NCBI GenBank assembly: GCA_902617465.1 | Contig: CACMWO010000001.1 | Coordinates: forward strand, 1 to 56,074 | Length of the DNA stretch: 56,074 nucleotides | Source of the DNA: an uncultured Alphaproteobacteria bacterium | GTDB lineage: Bacteria > Pseudomonadota > Alphaproteobacteria > HIMB59 | Direction: 5' to 3' | Part shown: positions 39,824-49,481 of the stretch, piece by piece | Layout: the number at the start of each line of letters is the position of its first letter | Position numbering within the stretch: the stretch's first letter is position 1 | Program-made: the position numbers and the translations under genes | The notes under the pieces: model-generated | What the model was told of the DNA's origin: nothing | Databases searched by the model: none | The model's input: the letters and a program-made list of their open reading frames with translations, nothing else

Positions 39824-40654
39824 ATGAGTAATATTGATAAAAAAACAGTCTCATCTTTTGGTGATGAATGGAAGAGATTTAATCAAGAGGCATTAAAAGG
39901 TGATGAACATTCGTACCTATTTGAAAAATATTTTCACATATTCCCATGGGATACTTTACCAAAAAACGCTAATGGCTTTGACATGGGGTGTGGTTCAGGT
40001 CGTTGGGCTAAATTAGTAGCTCCCAAAATTGGAAAATTGTCATGTATTGATCCATCAATTGAAGCACTATCTGTTGCTAAACGTAGCCTTGCTCATCTAG
40101 ACAACATAATTTTTTTAAAAGCTGGAGTATCTGATGAAGCTTTACCTTCAAATAGTCAAGATTTTGGTTATAGCTTAGGAGTCCTTCATCACATTCCAGA
40201 TACTCAGACTGCACTTTGTAAATGTGTAGATATGCTTAAACCAGGGGCACCTTTTCTCTTATACCTCTATTACAAATTCGACAATCGACCTATTTGGTAT
40301 GTGTTTATATGGAGAATAACCGATATGGCTCGACGTATGATATCAATAATGCCCTCGTCACTGAAGTCGTCTTTAACAAATATTATTGCAATGTTAGTCT
40401 ATTTTCCATTAGCAAGATTAGCTTTGTTTGGCGAAAAAATTGGCTTGAAAGTTGATAGATGGCTCTTATCAAGTTACCGCAGGACAAGTTTTTATACTAT
40501 GAGAACAGACTCACGTGATAGGTTCGGAACTCCTCTTGAGAAACGATTTACCCGTTCTGAGATTAAGTCAATGATGCTAGCTGCTGGTCTAAATGATATT
40601 CATTTTTCAGAAAACTTTCCATTTTGGTGTGCGGTTGGAAAAAAAAAATTATGA
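39824..40654 (+). CDS. Class I SAM-dependent methyltransferase
   Basis: FGDEW, FDMGCGSGRW, SLGVLHHIPD, LKPG. Confidence 0.88.
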   Translation: MSNIDKKTVSSFGDEWKRFNQEALKGDEHSYLFEKYFHIFPWDTLPKNANGFDMGCGSGRWAKLVAPKIGKLSCIDPSIEALSVAKRSLAHLDNIIFLKAGVSDEALPSNSQDFGYSLGVLHHIPDTQTALCKCVDMLKPGAPFLLYLYYKFDNRPIWYVFIWRITDMARRMISIMPSSLKSSLTNIIAMLVYFPLARLALFGEKIGLKVDRWLLSSYRRTSFYTMRTDSRDRFGTPLEKRFTRSEIKSMMLAAGLNDIHFSENFPFWCAVGKKKL

Positions 40655-40736
40655 TACTTATCAATAAAAAAAAGTTTCATTTAAAAATAAATAAAAAATC
40701 TTCAATCTTATTTTCATACGTATGTAAAAATTTCTA

Positions 40737-41516
40737 ATGATATTTTACACTGGTATAACAGCTTTTTTATTTTTATTAAGATTTTTATTAAAATACGATC
40801 ATATAGCACGTCGACAACTTTATTATATTATATTTTCGTTTTTATTTTTATTTGTGACATTTCGTTATCAAGTAGGTTGTGACTGGGAAACATACTACAA
40901 AATATATTTGAAATTCATTAATATTGATTGGCCTGACATTATTGGAGGTCCAGGTCGAGGTGCAATATCTATGGGCTGGTTAAATTTAGCACTTGATCTT
41001 GATTTGCATTACGTATTTATGCTATTACCATTTAGTATAATTTTTTTTATTGGAGTGCATAGTCTCGCACGTCGTCAGCCAGACCCTTTGGGTTTTTTAA
41101 TTTTATTATTTCCGATTTTGATAATAAATATGCCAATGTCAGGAGTAAGGCAGGGTGCAGCCATTGGTTTGATTTGTTTAGCTTTTTGTGCATTCATTGA
41201 TCGACGCCCAATAATTTTTACAATATGGGTTTTACTTGCGACTGGCATACATAATAGTGCATTTATATTTCTATCCTTTTTGCCATTCGCAACCGGTCGT
41301 ATAAATAATACGAGAGTATTTATTACAGTGTTGTTTGCAGTTCCATGCTTAATTTTACTTCTCTTTTCTGATACAGCACAATTCGCAATAAAAACATATA
41401 TGGACTCAGGGCGCGAAGCTTATGGTGCAATTTATCGTGTAAGCATTCTCGCTTTAACAGCTTTATACTTTTTTTTATTCATAAAAAAAAAAATGGATAA
41501 AAACTTTTCCAAATGA
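40737..41516 (+). CDS. EpsG-family (Wzy-like) polymerase, N-terminal part (frameshifted)
   Basis: FRYQVGCDWETY, SGVRQGAA, GIHNSA and multiple TM helices; frame breaks at the A11 run 41483-41493. Confidence 0.82.
   Translation: MIFYTGITAFLFLLRFLLKYDHIARRQLYYIIFSFLFLFVTFRYQVGCDWETYYKIYLKFINIDWPDIIGGPGRGAISMGWLNLALDLDLHYVFMLLPFSIIFFIGVHSLARRQPDPLGFLILLFPILIINMPMSGVRQGAAIGLICLAFCAFIDRRPIIFTIWVLLATGIHNSAFIFLSFLPFATGRINNTRVFITVLFAVPCLILLLFSDTAQFAIKTYMDSGREAYGAIYRVSILALTALYFFLFIKKKMDKNFSK
41483..41493 (+). repeat. A11 homopolymer at the EpsG/Wzy frameshift
   Basis: A10 gives FIKKKWIKTFPNDFSIISLGSYLM, in frame with the 41548 ORF. Confidence 0.85.
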
Positions 41517-41547
41517 CTTCAGTATAATAAGTTTAGGTTCCTACTTA

Positions 41548-41835
41548 ATGATAGCGATAATGCTATTAGTCCCATTATCAAGTATCGTAGGTGATCGTTT
41601 TGGATATTATCTAATACCTTTACAAGCAATGATTTTTGCTCGTCTTCCATATTTGCCTTTTAAAAAACATCAATCATTACATTCAGCTTTCCCTTATCTA
41701 GGTTTATTATTAGTATTTATTGTTTGGACGCAAACCTCATGGCTTTTTGATCATTGTTATGTGCCATACAAAAGCTGGATTTTTGGAATTCCTGAAGGAA
41801 ATATTATGCGTTCAACCAATATGTTCTACGATTGA
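41548..41835 (+). CDS. EpsG-family polymerase, C-terminal part (frameshifted)
   Basis: DRFGYY and YVPYKS motifs; joined product would be 365 aa. Confidence 0.78.
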   Translation: MIAIMLLVPLSSIVGDRFGYYLIPLQAMIFARLPYLPFKKHQSLHSAFPYLGLLLVFIVWTQTSWLFDHCYVPYKSWIFGIPEGNIMRSTNMFYD

Positions 41836-41982
41836 TATAATTAATTTATCTTGGTATTTAGAGTAAATTATAATTTGTTTAAACAGTTTTAGATTTAATG
41901 AAGGTAATTTGAATATATTTTCATAATTTTTTAATCATTGGTATTGTGTTCAATTATATTTTTTATGTTATAAAGAATTCTG

Positions 41983-43260
41983 ATGTATAAATTAAAAAAT
42001 TTAGAAATAGCAATCATAGGACTTGGATATGTAGGGTTACCTCTAGCTTTAGAATTTGCAAAAAAAAGAAGTGTCATTGGTTTTGACATAGACAATAAAA
42101 GAATAGAGGAATTAATTATTGGTAAAGATATAAATCAAGAGTTTACAAAAAAAAATATACTAGAGTCGAGTTTGATTAATTTTACAAATGATCAAGATGA
42201 TTTAGAAATTGCAAATTGTTTTATAATTACTGTTCCAACTCCAGTTGACTCCTCAAATAAGCCAAATTTAAATGCATTAATTAAAGCGAGTGAAATTGTA
42301 AGTAAAAAACTTAAAAAAGATAGTTTGGTAATATATGAATCAACTGTTTACCCGGGGTGTGTTGAGGAGAAATGTGTTCCAATTTTGGAAAAATTTTCAA
42401 ATTTAAATTTTAATAAAGATTTTTTTTGCGGTTACAGCCCTGAGCGAATTAATCCTGGTGATAAAAAATATACAATTTCAAATATTAAAAAAATTACCTC
42501 AGGTTCAACACCTCAAACTGCAAATCTAGTTGATGAGTTATATCAAGAGATTATCAAAGTTGGCACATACAAAGCTCCAAGTATAAAAGTTGCAGAGGCA
42601 GCTAAAGTTATTGAAAATACCCAACGCGATTTAAATATCGCACTGATAAATGAGTTATCGATGCTATTCAGTAAAATGAATATTGATACAAAAGAAGTAC
42701 TAGATGCAGCAAGTAGTAAGTGGAATTTCTTACCTTTCAAACCAGGATTAGTAGGAGGTCATTGTATTGGTGTAGATCCATATTACCTTACTCATAAAGC
42801 TGAGAGCATAGGATATGAACCAAAAGTTATTTTAGCTGGTCGTGAAATAAATGATTTTATGGGTTCGCACGTATCATCAACTCTACTTTTGGAAATGAAG
42901 AAGAAAAATATTTCTATTAAAGACTCTAACATATTAATAATGGGCTTAACTTTTAAAGAAAATTGTGCTGATATTAGAAATTCTGGTGTAAAAAATGTAA
43001 TAAAAGAATTAGAAAAATTTGGATGTAATCTAGATTTATACGATCCTATAGCTAACAGTGAGGAAATTTATAAGACTTATAGTACCCATCCAATTAATGA
43101 AATAAATAATAATAAATATGATGGAATAATTATAGCGGTAGCACATGATATATTTAAGAGCCTTGGTATAGAGACAATTACAAATTTTTGTAAAAAAGAC
43201 CATATTATATATGATTTGAAATACTTATTTAATAAAGAAGAGGTAGATTTAAGATTATAA
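41983..43260 (+). CDS. tviB: UDP-N-acetylglucosamine/galactosamine 6-dehydrogenase (TviB/WbpO type)
   Basis: GLGYVGLPLA, YESTVYPG, GYSPERINPGD, AAKVIENTQRDLNIA, GGHCIGVDPYYL, TFKENC. Confidence 0.88.
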   Translation: MYKLKNLEIAIIGLGYVGLPLALEFAKKRSVIGFDIDNKRIEELIIGKDINQEFTKKNILESSLINFTNDQDDLEIANCFIITVPTPVDSSNKPNLNALIKASEIVSKKLKKDSLVIYESTVYPGCVEEKCVPILEKFSNLNFNKDFFCGYSPERINPGDKKYTISNIKKITSGSTPQTANLVDELYQEIIKVGTYKAPSIKVAEAAKVIENTQRDLNIALINELSMLFSKMNIDTKEVLDAASSKWNFLPFKPGLVGGHCIGVDPYYLTHKAESIGYEPKVILAGREINDFMGSHVSSTLLLEMKKKNISIKDSNILIMGLTFKENCADIRNSGVKNVIKELEKFGCNLDLYDPIANSEEIYKTYSTHPINEINNNKYDGIIIAVAHDIFKSLGIETITNFCKKDHIIYDLKYLFNKEEVDLRL

Positions 43261-43359
43261 GTCTAAATACATTTAAAAATTAATTTATAAAAAAAATTAG
43301 GATATGTATAATTAAATTATTTTGATGCTCGCTAATCAAGACAGAGTATTTAAATTTAA

Positions 43360-44517
43360 ATGAGCAAAAAAAAAATTAAACTTGTTATTTTAATAAATGA
43401 TTTAAGTTTTTTTTATTCTCATCGATTACCTATCGCAGAAGCAGCAAAAGATAATTCATATGATGTCATAGTAGGTTATGGAGAACATGGTGGTGTCAAT
43501 CCAAAAACCTTAGAAAAAAAAGGTTTTAGCCTATATTTAGTTCCAATGGAACGAGGAAGCATGAGTATTACTAAAAATATGAAATCATTTTTTTATATTT
43601 GGCGATTTTTTAAAAGAGAAAGACCTGATATTGTTCACTTGATCACGATTAAACCATATCTATTTGGTGGGATAATTGCTCGCTTAATTGGAGTACCTTG
43701 CTTGGTTTCAGCTGTTTCGGGACTTGGGACCCTATTTGTACATAAAGACTTAAAAAGTAGATTTTTAAGAGCTTTAATTTACCCATTGTATAAATTTGCT
43801 TTCAAACATTTAAATCAAGTTGTTATTTTTCAAAATAAAGATGATGCCAAAAAGTTGGTTAATTGGGGTGTTGTCAATTCTAAAAAAATAAAGTTGATTA
43901 AAGGATCTGGTGTAAGACTAGAAAATTTTACTAATTTAAATGAAAATAAAGGTATACCAACTGTATGTTTTGCTTCTCGTTTATTGGTGGATAAAGGTGT
44001 TTATGAATTTATTTCTGCAGCTACGTTAATAAAAAAAAAGAAAGATATAAAAGCTAAGTTTTTTTTGGCTGGAGATTTAGATGAGAAGAACCCAACAGGT
44101 TTAAATAAAAACGACTTAGATAAAATAAAAGATAGGGGTTTTGTTAAAATTCTTGGATATCAAAAAGATATCCCAAGATTATTTGCAAAATCTAATATTA
44201 TTTGCCTACCATCTTATCGTGAGGGTTTTCCTAAAACACTAATGGAGGCGGCAGCTGCAAGAAGAGCTGTGATTACCACAAATGTTCCCGGATGTCGTGA
44301 TGCAATAATTCCTAATAAAACAGGTCTACTTGTTCCAGTCAAAAATAGTCGAGCATTGGCAAATGCCATTGAAGATTTGATAAAAAATTCAAAAAAGCGT
44401 TTAAAAATGGCGAAAGCTGGTCGGGAATTGGCAGAAAGAGAATTTGCAATTGAAAATATTGTAAATGCCCATATAAAAATTTATGAAAGTTTATATTTGA
44501 GGCAGAAGAATACATGA
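43360..44517 (+). CDS. Glycosyltransferase family 4 (CapM/WbpU/PglA-like)
   Basis: [39 protein letters not shown]. Confidence 0.9.
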   Translation: MSKKKIKLVILINDLSFFYSHRLPIAEAAKDNSYDVIVGYGEHGGVNPKTLEKKGFSLYLVPMERGSMSITKNMKSFFYIWRFFKRERPDIVHLITIKPYLFGGIIARLIGVPCLVSAVSGLGTLFVHKDLKSRFLRALIYPLYKFAFKHLNQVVIFQNKDDAKKLVNWGVVNSKKIKLIKGSGVRLENFTNLNENKGIPTVCFASRLLVDKGVYEFISAATLIKKKKDIKAKFFLAGDLDEKNPTGLNKNDLDKIKDRGFVKILGYQKDIPRLFAKSNIICLPSYREGFPKTLMEAAAARRAVITTNVPGCRDAIIPNKTGLLVPVKNSRALANAIEDLIKNSKKRLKMAKAGRELAEREFAIENIVNAHIKIYESLYLRQKNT

Positions 44518-45401
44518 AAGGAATAATTTTAGCTGGCGGTTCTGGTACTCGTTTGTACCCAGCTACAAAAGGTATATCTAAACAATTACTTCCAGTTTAC
44601 GATAAACCTTTAATTTATTATCCATTATCAGTATTAATGTTAGCAGGTATTCGCGATATTTTAATAATAACTACACCAGATGAACAGAGAAGTTTTATGC
44701 GTTTATTAGGAGATGGTTCAGATTTAGGTATAAAATTTCAATATATTTCTCAGCCTTCACCTGATGGACTGGCTCAAGCATTTTTACTAGGTAAAGAATT
44801 TGTTGGCAATGATGATGTGTGTTTAATACTAGGCGACAATATCTATTATGGTAATGATTTAGTAAAACTTTTGAATATTGGCGTTGAGTCTGCTCAAAAA
44901 AAAAGTAAAGCAACTGTTTATGGTTACTATGTTAATGAACCACAAAGGTACGGAGTAGTTTTATTTGACGAACAACAAAATGTAATTTCAATAGAAGAAA
45001 AACCAAGTAATCCGAAGTCTAATTTTGCTATAACTGGTTTATATTTTTATCCAAATAATGTTTTAAAAAAAGCCGAAGAAGTAAAACCCTCAAAAAGAGG
45101 TGAACTTGAAATTACTTCCATCAATAATATGTATTTGTCTGAGAAAAATCTTAAAGTTGAAATAATGGGGCGTGGATACACTTGGTTGGATACAGGAACA
45201 CCAGAGTCTTTACTTGAGGCATCAACCTTCATTGAGGCTATAGAAAAACGTCAAGGTCTTAAAGTCGCCTGTATAGAAGAGATTGCGTTTCAGAAAGGTT
45301 ATATTTCAGAAACACAACTCCTTAATTTAGCGAAACTTATTAAAAATGAAAATTATAGTCGTTATTTATCTAAACTCACTGAAAAAGAAAGTGAAAACTG
45401 A
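44514..45401 (+). CDS. rfbA: Glucose-1-phosphate thymidylyltransferase (RmlA)
   Basis: [45 protein letters not shown]. Confidence 0.97.
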   Translation: MKGIILAGGSGTRLYPATKGISKQLLPVYDKPLIYYPLSVLMLAGIRDILIITTPDEQRSFMRLLGDGSDLGIKFQYISQPSPDGLAQAFLLGKEFVGNDDVCLILGDNIYYGNDLVKLLNIGVESAQKKSKATVYGYYVNEPQRYGVVLFDEQQNVISIEEKPSNPKSNFAITGLYFYPNNVLKKAEEVKPSKRGELEITSINNMYLSEKNLKVEIMGRGYTWLDTGTPESLLEASTFIEAIEKRQGLKVACIEEIAFQKGYISETQLLNLAKLIKNENYSRYLSKLTEKESEN

Positions 45402-45985
45402 TGGAATTTATAAAAAAAAATATCCCCGATATCGTTTTGATCAAACCAACAGTACATGAGGATCATAGAGGTTACTTTGTCGAAACTTATCGTAAAAAGG
45501 ATTTAAAAAATGCAATTGGCCACGACGTAAACTTTATACAAGATAATGAAACAAGATCAAAAAAGGGCGTTATGCGAGGCTTACATTTTCAAACACCACC
45601 ATTTGCACAATCAAAATTAGTTCGTGTTATTAAAGGTGAAATATTAGATATATCAGTTGATATTCGTTTTGGAAGTCCAACTTTTGGACATCACGTGTCA
45701 GAATATTTAAGTGGTGAAAATAAATGTCAATTATTTATTCCAAGAGGCTTTGCACATGGTTTTGTTGTATTAAGTGACGAAGCATTAGTATCATATAAGG
45801 TTGATAATTATTATTCATCAAAATGTGAGGCAGGACTAGCATTTAATGATACATCTTTAGATATTGACTGGGGTTTGCCTCTAGACCAATTAGAGCTATC
45901 TAAAAAAGACATTAGTCTACCTTGTTTGGAAAAATTAAAAGATAAATGTTTAGAATTTAGCTACAATAAAAATCTTTATGACTAA
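45401..45985 (+). CDS. rfbC: dTDP-4-dehydrorhamnose 3,5-epimerase (RmlC)
   Basis: DHRGYFVE, QDN, RGLHFQ, VDIRFGSPTFG, GFAHGF. Confidence 0.96.
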   Translation: MEFIKKNIPDIVLIKPTVHEDHRGYFVETYRKKDLKNAIGHDVNFIQDNETRSKKGVMRGLHFQTPPFAQSKLVRVIKGEILDISVDIRFGSPTFGHHVSEYLSGENKCQLFIPRGFAHGFVVLSDEALVSYKVDNYYSSKCEAGLAFNDTSLDIDWGLPLDQLELSKKDISLPCLEKLKDKCLEFSYNKNLYD

Positions 45986-46916
45986 ACCAATCTTAGTAAT
46001 TGGTAAGAATAGTCAACTTGGAAGAACATTACAAAAAACATTACAAAATTTATCTGACATTTTTAAAATTAAGCCATACATTAATAAACATGGAGAGAAA
46101 TTAAATAAATCAGATTTAAATTTCATTTTTGTTGCAAGAAAGGAACTCGATCTATTAAATATTGAATCTATAAATGGGTTTTTTCAAAATGATAAATTTG
46201 AAGCTATTATTAATTTTGCAGCTTACACTTCTGTTGATGAAGCAGAAATTAATATTGAATTAGCTGAACAAATCAATCATATCGCTGTTGCTAAGTTGGC
46301 AAAAATTTCTAAAAATCAAGATATCCCTCTTATACATATTTCAACAGATTATGTATTTGGCGGCAAGGCTTATAAACCTTACGAGGAGAAAGATGCAACA
46401 GAACCCTTAAACATTTACGGTTTAACAAAATATAAAGGTGAAAAAGTAATTGCAGAGTCTGGTTGTAATGGTGCTATAATTCGAACTAGTTGGTTATATT
46501 CTGAATTTGGAAATAATTTTGTAAAGACTATATTAGATTTGGGGAAAGAGCGTGAGAGTATAAATGTTGTAGATGATCAAGTTGGTAGCCCAACTTATGC
46601 TAAAAATTTAGCTAATTTATTATTAACCATGCTTCATAGAGACAGAACTGTAGAAGTTCTTAATTCACAATTGAATATTTATCATTTTTCCGATGAAGGT
46701 AGTTGCTCTTGGTATGATTTTGCAAAATCTATTTTCAAACTAAGAAACATCAATTGTGAAATAAAACCAGTGAAGACCGTTGATTTTCCTTCAAGAGCCA
46801 AACGCCCACAAAATAATGTTTTGAGCAAAGCTAAAATTAAAAAATTTATTCCAGATCTTGTAATACCCCATTGGAAAGACTCATTAATCAATTGCTTAAC
46901 AGAGATACAAAAATAA
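45978..46916 (+). CDS. rfbD: dTDP-4-dehydrorhamnose reductase (RmlD)
   Basis: AAYTSVDEAE, HISTDYVF, YGLTK, RTSWLYS, DQVGSPT. Confidence 0.95.
   Translation: MTKPILVIGKNSQLGRTLQKTLQNLSDIFKIKPYINKHGEKLNKSDLNFIFVARKELDLLNIESINGFFQNDKFEAIINFAAYTSVDEAEINIELAEQINHIAVAKLAKISKNQDIPLIHISTDYVFGGKAYKPYEEKDATEPLNIYGLTKYKGEKVIAESGCNGAIIRTSWLYSEFGNNFVKTILDLGKERESINVVDDQVGSPTYAKNLANLLLTMLHRDRTVEVLNSQLNIYHFSDEGSCSWYDFAKSIFKLRNINCEIKPVKTVDFPSRAKRPQNNVLSKAKIKKFIPDLVIPHWKDSLINCLTEIQK
46025..46048 (+). repeat. 12-bp perfect tandem duplication in rfbD
   Basis: AACATTACAAAA twice, in frame (TLQK TLQN). Confidence 0.7.
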
Positions 46917-46931
46917 AATTAGATTATTAAA

Positions 46932-48005
46932 ATGAGTTTTGATACGAAAAAATCCTTTTTAAAAATTTTGATTACAGGAGGTGCTGGATTTATTGGTAGT
47001 GCGTTAATCAGACAAATTATTGATGAAACAAATTTTTCAATCGTTAATGTTGATAAACTCACTTACGCAGGTAGTTTACAATCTATTGCAACAGTAAGTA
47101 ACAATCCTCGTTATATATTTAAGCAAATTGATATTTGTAATCATGTAGAGTTAAAAAAAATATTTAAAGATCAAAAACCTGATATCATAATGCACTTAGC
47201 TGCGGAGTCACATGTTGACCGTTCGATTGACAAACCAAGTGATTTTATTAAATCAAATATTATTGGAACTTATACATTACTCGAACAAGGAAGAGATTAT
47301 TGGAATACTTTAAAAGGTGACAAAAAAAAATCATTTCGTTTTATTCACATTTCTACTGATGAAGTTTATGGAGACTTACCTCACCCAGATCATAAAGATG
47401 GTTCTTTACCTTTATTCACAGAAATTTCACCATATAAACCAAGTTCACCTTATAGTGCTTCAAAAGCATCATCTGATCATTTAGTAAGAGCATGGAATAG
47501 AACTTATGACTTCCCGACAATTGTTACAAATTGTTCTAACAATTACGGACCTTATCATTACCCAGAAAAACTAATTCCAATGACAATTTTAAATGCATTG
47601 GAGGCAAAGCCAATTCCTGTTTATGCTAAAGGTAATCAGATACGTGATTGGCTTTATGTATATGATCACGTCAAAGCACTGCTTTTAGTAGCCACAAAAG
47701 GTAAGATAGGGGAAACTTATAATATTGGTGGCAACAATGAAAAAAAAAATATTGAAGTTGTAAAAGGTATTTGCGCTATTTTGGAGGAAATGGCTCCATT
47801 AAAAGACTCTTCATTAAAAATTACAAAATACGAAAACTTGATAAAGTATGTCAAAGATCGCCCTGGTCATGACATGCGTTATGCTATAGATGCAAGTAAA
47901 ATAAAAAAAGAACTTGGTTGGAAACCTTTAGAAACATTTGAAACAGGAATAAAAAAAACAGTTAGATGGTATCTTGACAATCCTAGTTGGTATAAAAAAC
48001 TCTAG
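46932..48005 (+). CDS. rfbB: dTDP-glucose 4,6-dehydratase (RmlB)
   Basis: [50 protein letters not shown]. Confidence 0.97.
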   Translation: MSFDTKKSFLKILITGGAGFIGSALIRQIIDETNFSIVNVDKLTYAGSLQSIATVSNNPRYIFKQIDICNHVELKKIFKDQKPDIIMHLAAESHVDRSIDKPSDFIKSNIIGTYTLLEQGRDYWNTLKGDKKKSFRFIHISTDEVYGDLPHPDHKDGSLPLFTEISPYKPSSPYSASKASSDHLVRAWNRTYDFPTIVTNCSNNYGPYHYPEKLIPMTILNALEAKPIPVYAKGNQIRDWLYVYDHVKALLLVATKGKIGETYNIGGNNEKKNIEVVKGICAILEEMAPLKDSSLKITKYENLIKYVKDRPGHDMRYAIDASKIKKELGWKPLETFETGIKKTVRWYLDNPSWYKKL

Positions 48006-48042
48006 ATGGATTAAATAAATACAAGCATCTATGAAATAGTTG

Positions 48043-48071
48043 TTGCCGAATTTAGTATGATTAAATATAAA
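48043..48071 (+). promoter_or_regulatory. Possible sigma70 promoter upstream of argF
   Basis: TTGCCG (48043-48048), 17-nt spacer, TATAAA (48066-48071). Confidence 0.3.
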
Positions 48072-48106
48072 GGTCGTTTATTTTAATGTAATTTATATAC
48101 TAATGT

Positions 48107-48970
48107 ATGAATAAGAATTTTTTAAACATTTCTGATTTAACTAAAGAAAATATTTTTTCAATCTTAAATATTAATAATGATAATAATTGTTTACAAAATA
48201 AAAGTATTGGCCTTTTATTTGAGAAATATTCAACTCGCACCCGCCTATCTTTTGCTGTTGGAATATCAAATTTAGGTGGTAATGGAGTTGAAGTTAAATT
48301 TGATGAACTAAATATAAGTCGAGAGGAGAGCTTTGAAGATACTTTTCGAGCAATGAATTGTTATTTGGATGGCTTAGTTTATCGAACTGATAATCACAAA
48401 AAACTTTTACAAGCCTCAAAATATTTTAAAAAACCAATTATTAATGCCTTAAGTGATGTTTCACATCCATGCCAAGTATTTAGTGATATACTTACATTAC
48501 AAGAACACTTTGGTACTCTCAAAATTAATATCCTTTGGATGGGTGATATGAACAATGTATGTTTTAGTTTAGTCGAAGCAGTCAACCTATTAAGTGAACT
48601 ACAACTAACAATTTGTACTCCAAAGAATATTTCTGATATTAAAAATTGGAAATTTAATTCTAATATTAGGGTTTTAGAAGACATTGAAGAGATAGATTTG
48701 TCAAAAGTTAGCTGTGTAATGACAGATGTGTTTGTCTCAATGAATGATAAATCCAGTGAAGAAAAAGTATCATCGCTTAAATCTTATAGTGTAACCTCTG
48801 AACTAATGTCTAAAACTTCAACAGACTCTGTTTTTATGCACTGCCTTCCTGCTAAAATAGGATTTGAGGTAAGTGAGGAGGTTTTTCGAAGTGCTAAGTC
48901 AATTGTTTGGAAACAAGCCTATAATCGAATGGTAGCTCAGAAAAAACTTTTACAATTCATATATCAATAA
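48107..48970 (+). CDS. argF: Ornithine carbamoyltransferase
   Basis: STRTR, HPCQ, GDMNNV and FMHCLPA motifs. Confidence 0.85.
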   Translation: MNKNFLNISDLTKENIFSILNINNDNNCLQNKSIGLLFEKYSTRTRLSFAVGISNLGGNGVEVKFDELNISREESFEDTFRAMNCYLDGLVYRTDNHKKLLQASKYFKKPIINALSDVSHPCQVFSDILTLQEHFGTLKINILWMGDMNNVCFSLVEAVNLLSELQLTICTPKNISDIKNWKFNSNIRVLEDIEEIDLSKVSCVMTDVFVSMNDKSSEEKVSSLKSYSVTSELMSKTSTDSVFMHCLPAKIGFEVSEEVFRSAKSIVWKQAYNRMVAQKKLLQFIYQ

Positions 48971-49010
48971 TAGTGGCATCAGTAAGTTTTTTTTATTATA
49001 CATAATTATT

Positions 49011-49481
49011 ATGAATAAGTTCATATTTGTGTTTTTTTCTTTTTTTTTTATAAGCTGTTCCGCGAATGAGTCATTAATTGATCCTATAAATCCTGAGTTA
49101 GAAACAATGACTTTTGATGTTGTTGAAAAAAAGTTATTGGTAAAAAAAGATCTTCCAGAATATATTCAGAGACTTCTTAGTAAATGGTTTGATGATAAAG
49201 TTAAAGTCAATGGGTTTGATGGTCAATTAACTTTTAAAATTTCAGATTATACTCAAAAAACGACATTAATAAGTGATGGAAAAAGAGTTGATATAAGTTT
49301 AACATTTAATTTGGTGATAACCAAACCAACAATGTCTCAAAAAAAGTTTATTCAAGGTACAGTTTCTTCATACGGGACATTATCTGGAGATTTTAGTTTA
49401 AGTGATTTCGATACAGTAATTCAGAATACGCAAACAGATTTAATTTCTCGATTAAGCCGAGATTTGCAATCTAAAGTTTAA
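49011..49481 (+). CDS. Hypothetical lipoprotein
   Basis: MNK, hydrophobic core and lipobox-like FISC; no family recognised. Confidence 0.6.
   Translation: MNKFIFVFFSFFFISCSANESLIDPINPELETMTFDVVEKKLLVKKDLPEYIQRLLSKWFDDKVKVNGFDGQLTFKISDYTQKTTLISDGKRVDISLTFNLVITKPTMSQKKFIQGTVSSYGTLSGDFSLSDFDTVIQNTQTDLISRLSRDLQSKV

Larger units (their letters stand above)
1..48005. other. Surface polysaccharide (O-antigen/capsule) biosynthesis genomic island, left end outside window
   Basis: About 45 consecutive glycan synthesis, export and tailoring genes, ending at rfbB just before housekeeping argF; mixed orientation and uneven AT content. Confidence 0.9.

Noticed and set aside
4933-41493. Programmed -1 ribosomal frameshifting at the A-rich runs
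   Set aside because: All four joins need a +1 shift, and I saw no downstream stimulatory structure
1-48005. Integron-like cassette array or prophage explaining the mosaic
   Set aside because: No integrase, repeated attC-like palindromes or phage structural genes seen
44514-48005. rml gene order A-C-D-B as a novelty
   Set aside because: rml gene order varies widely among bacteria
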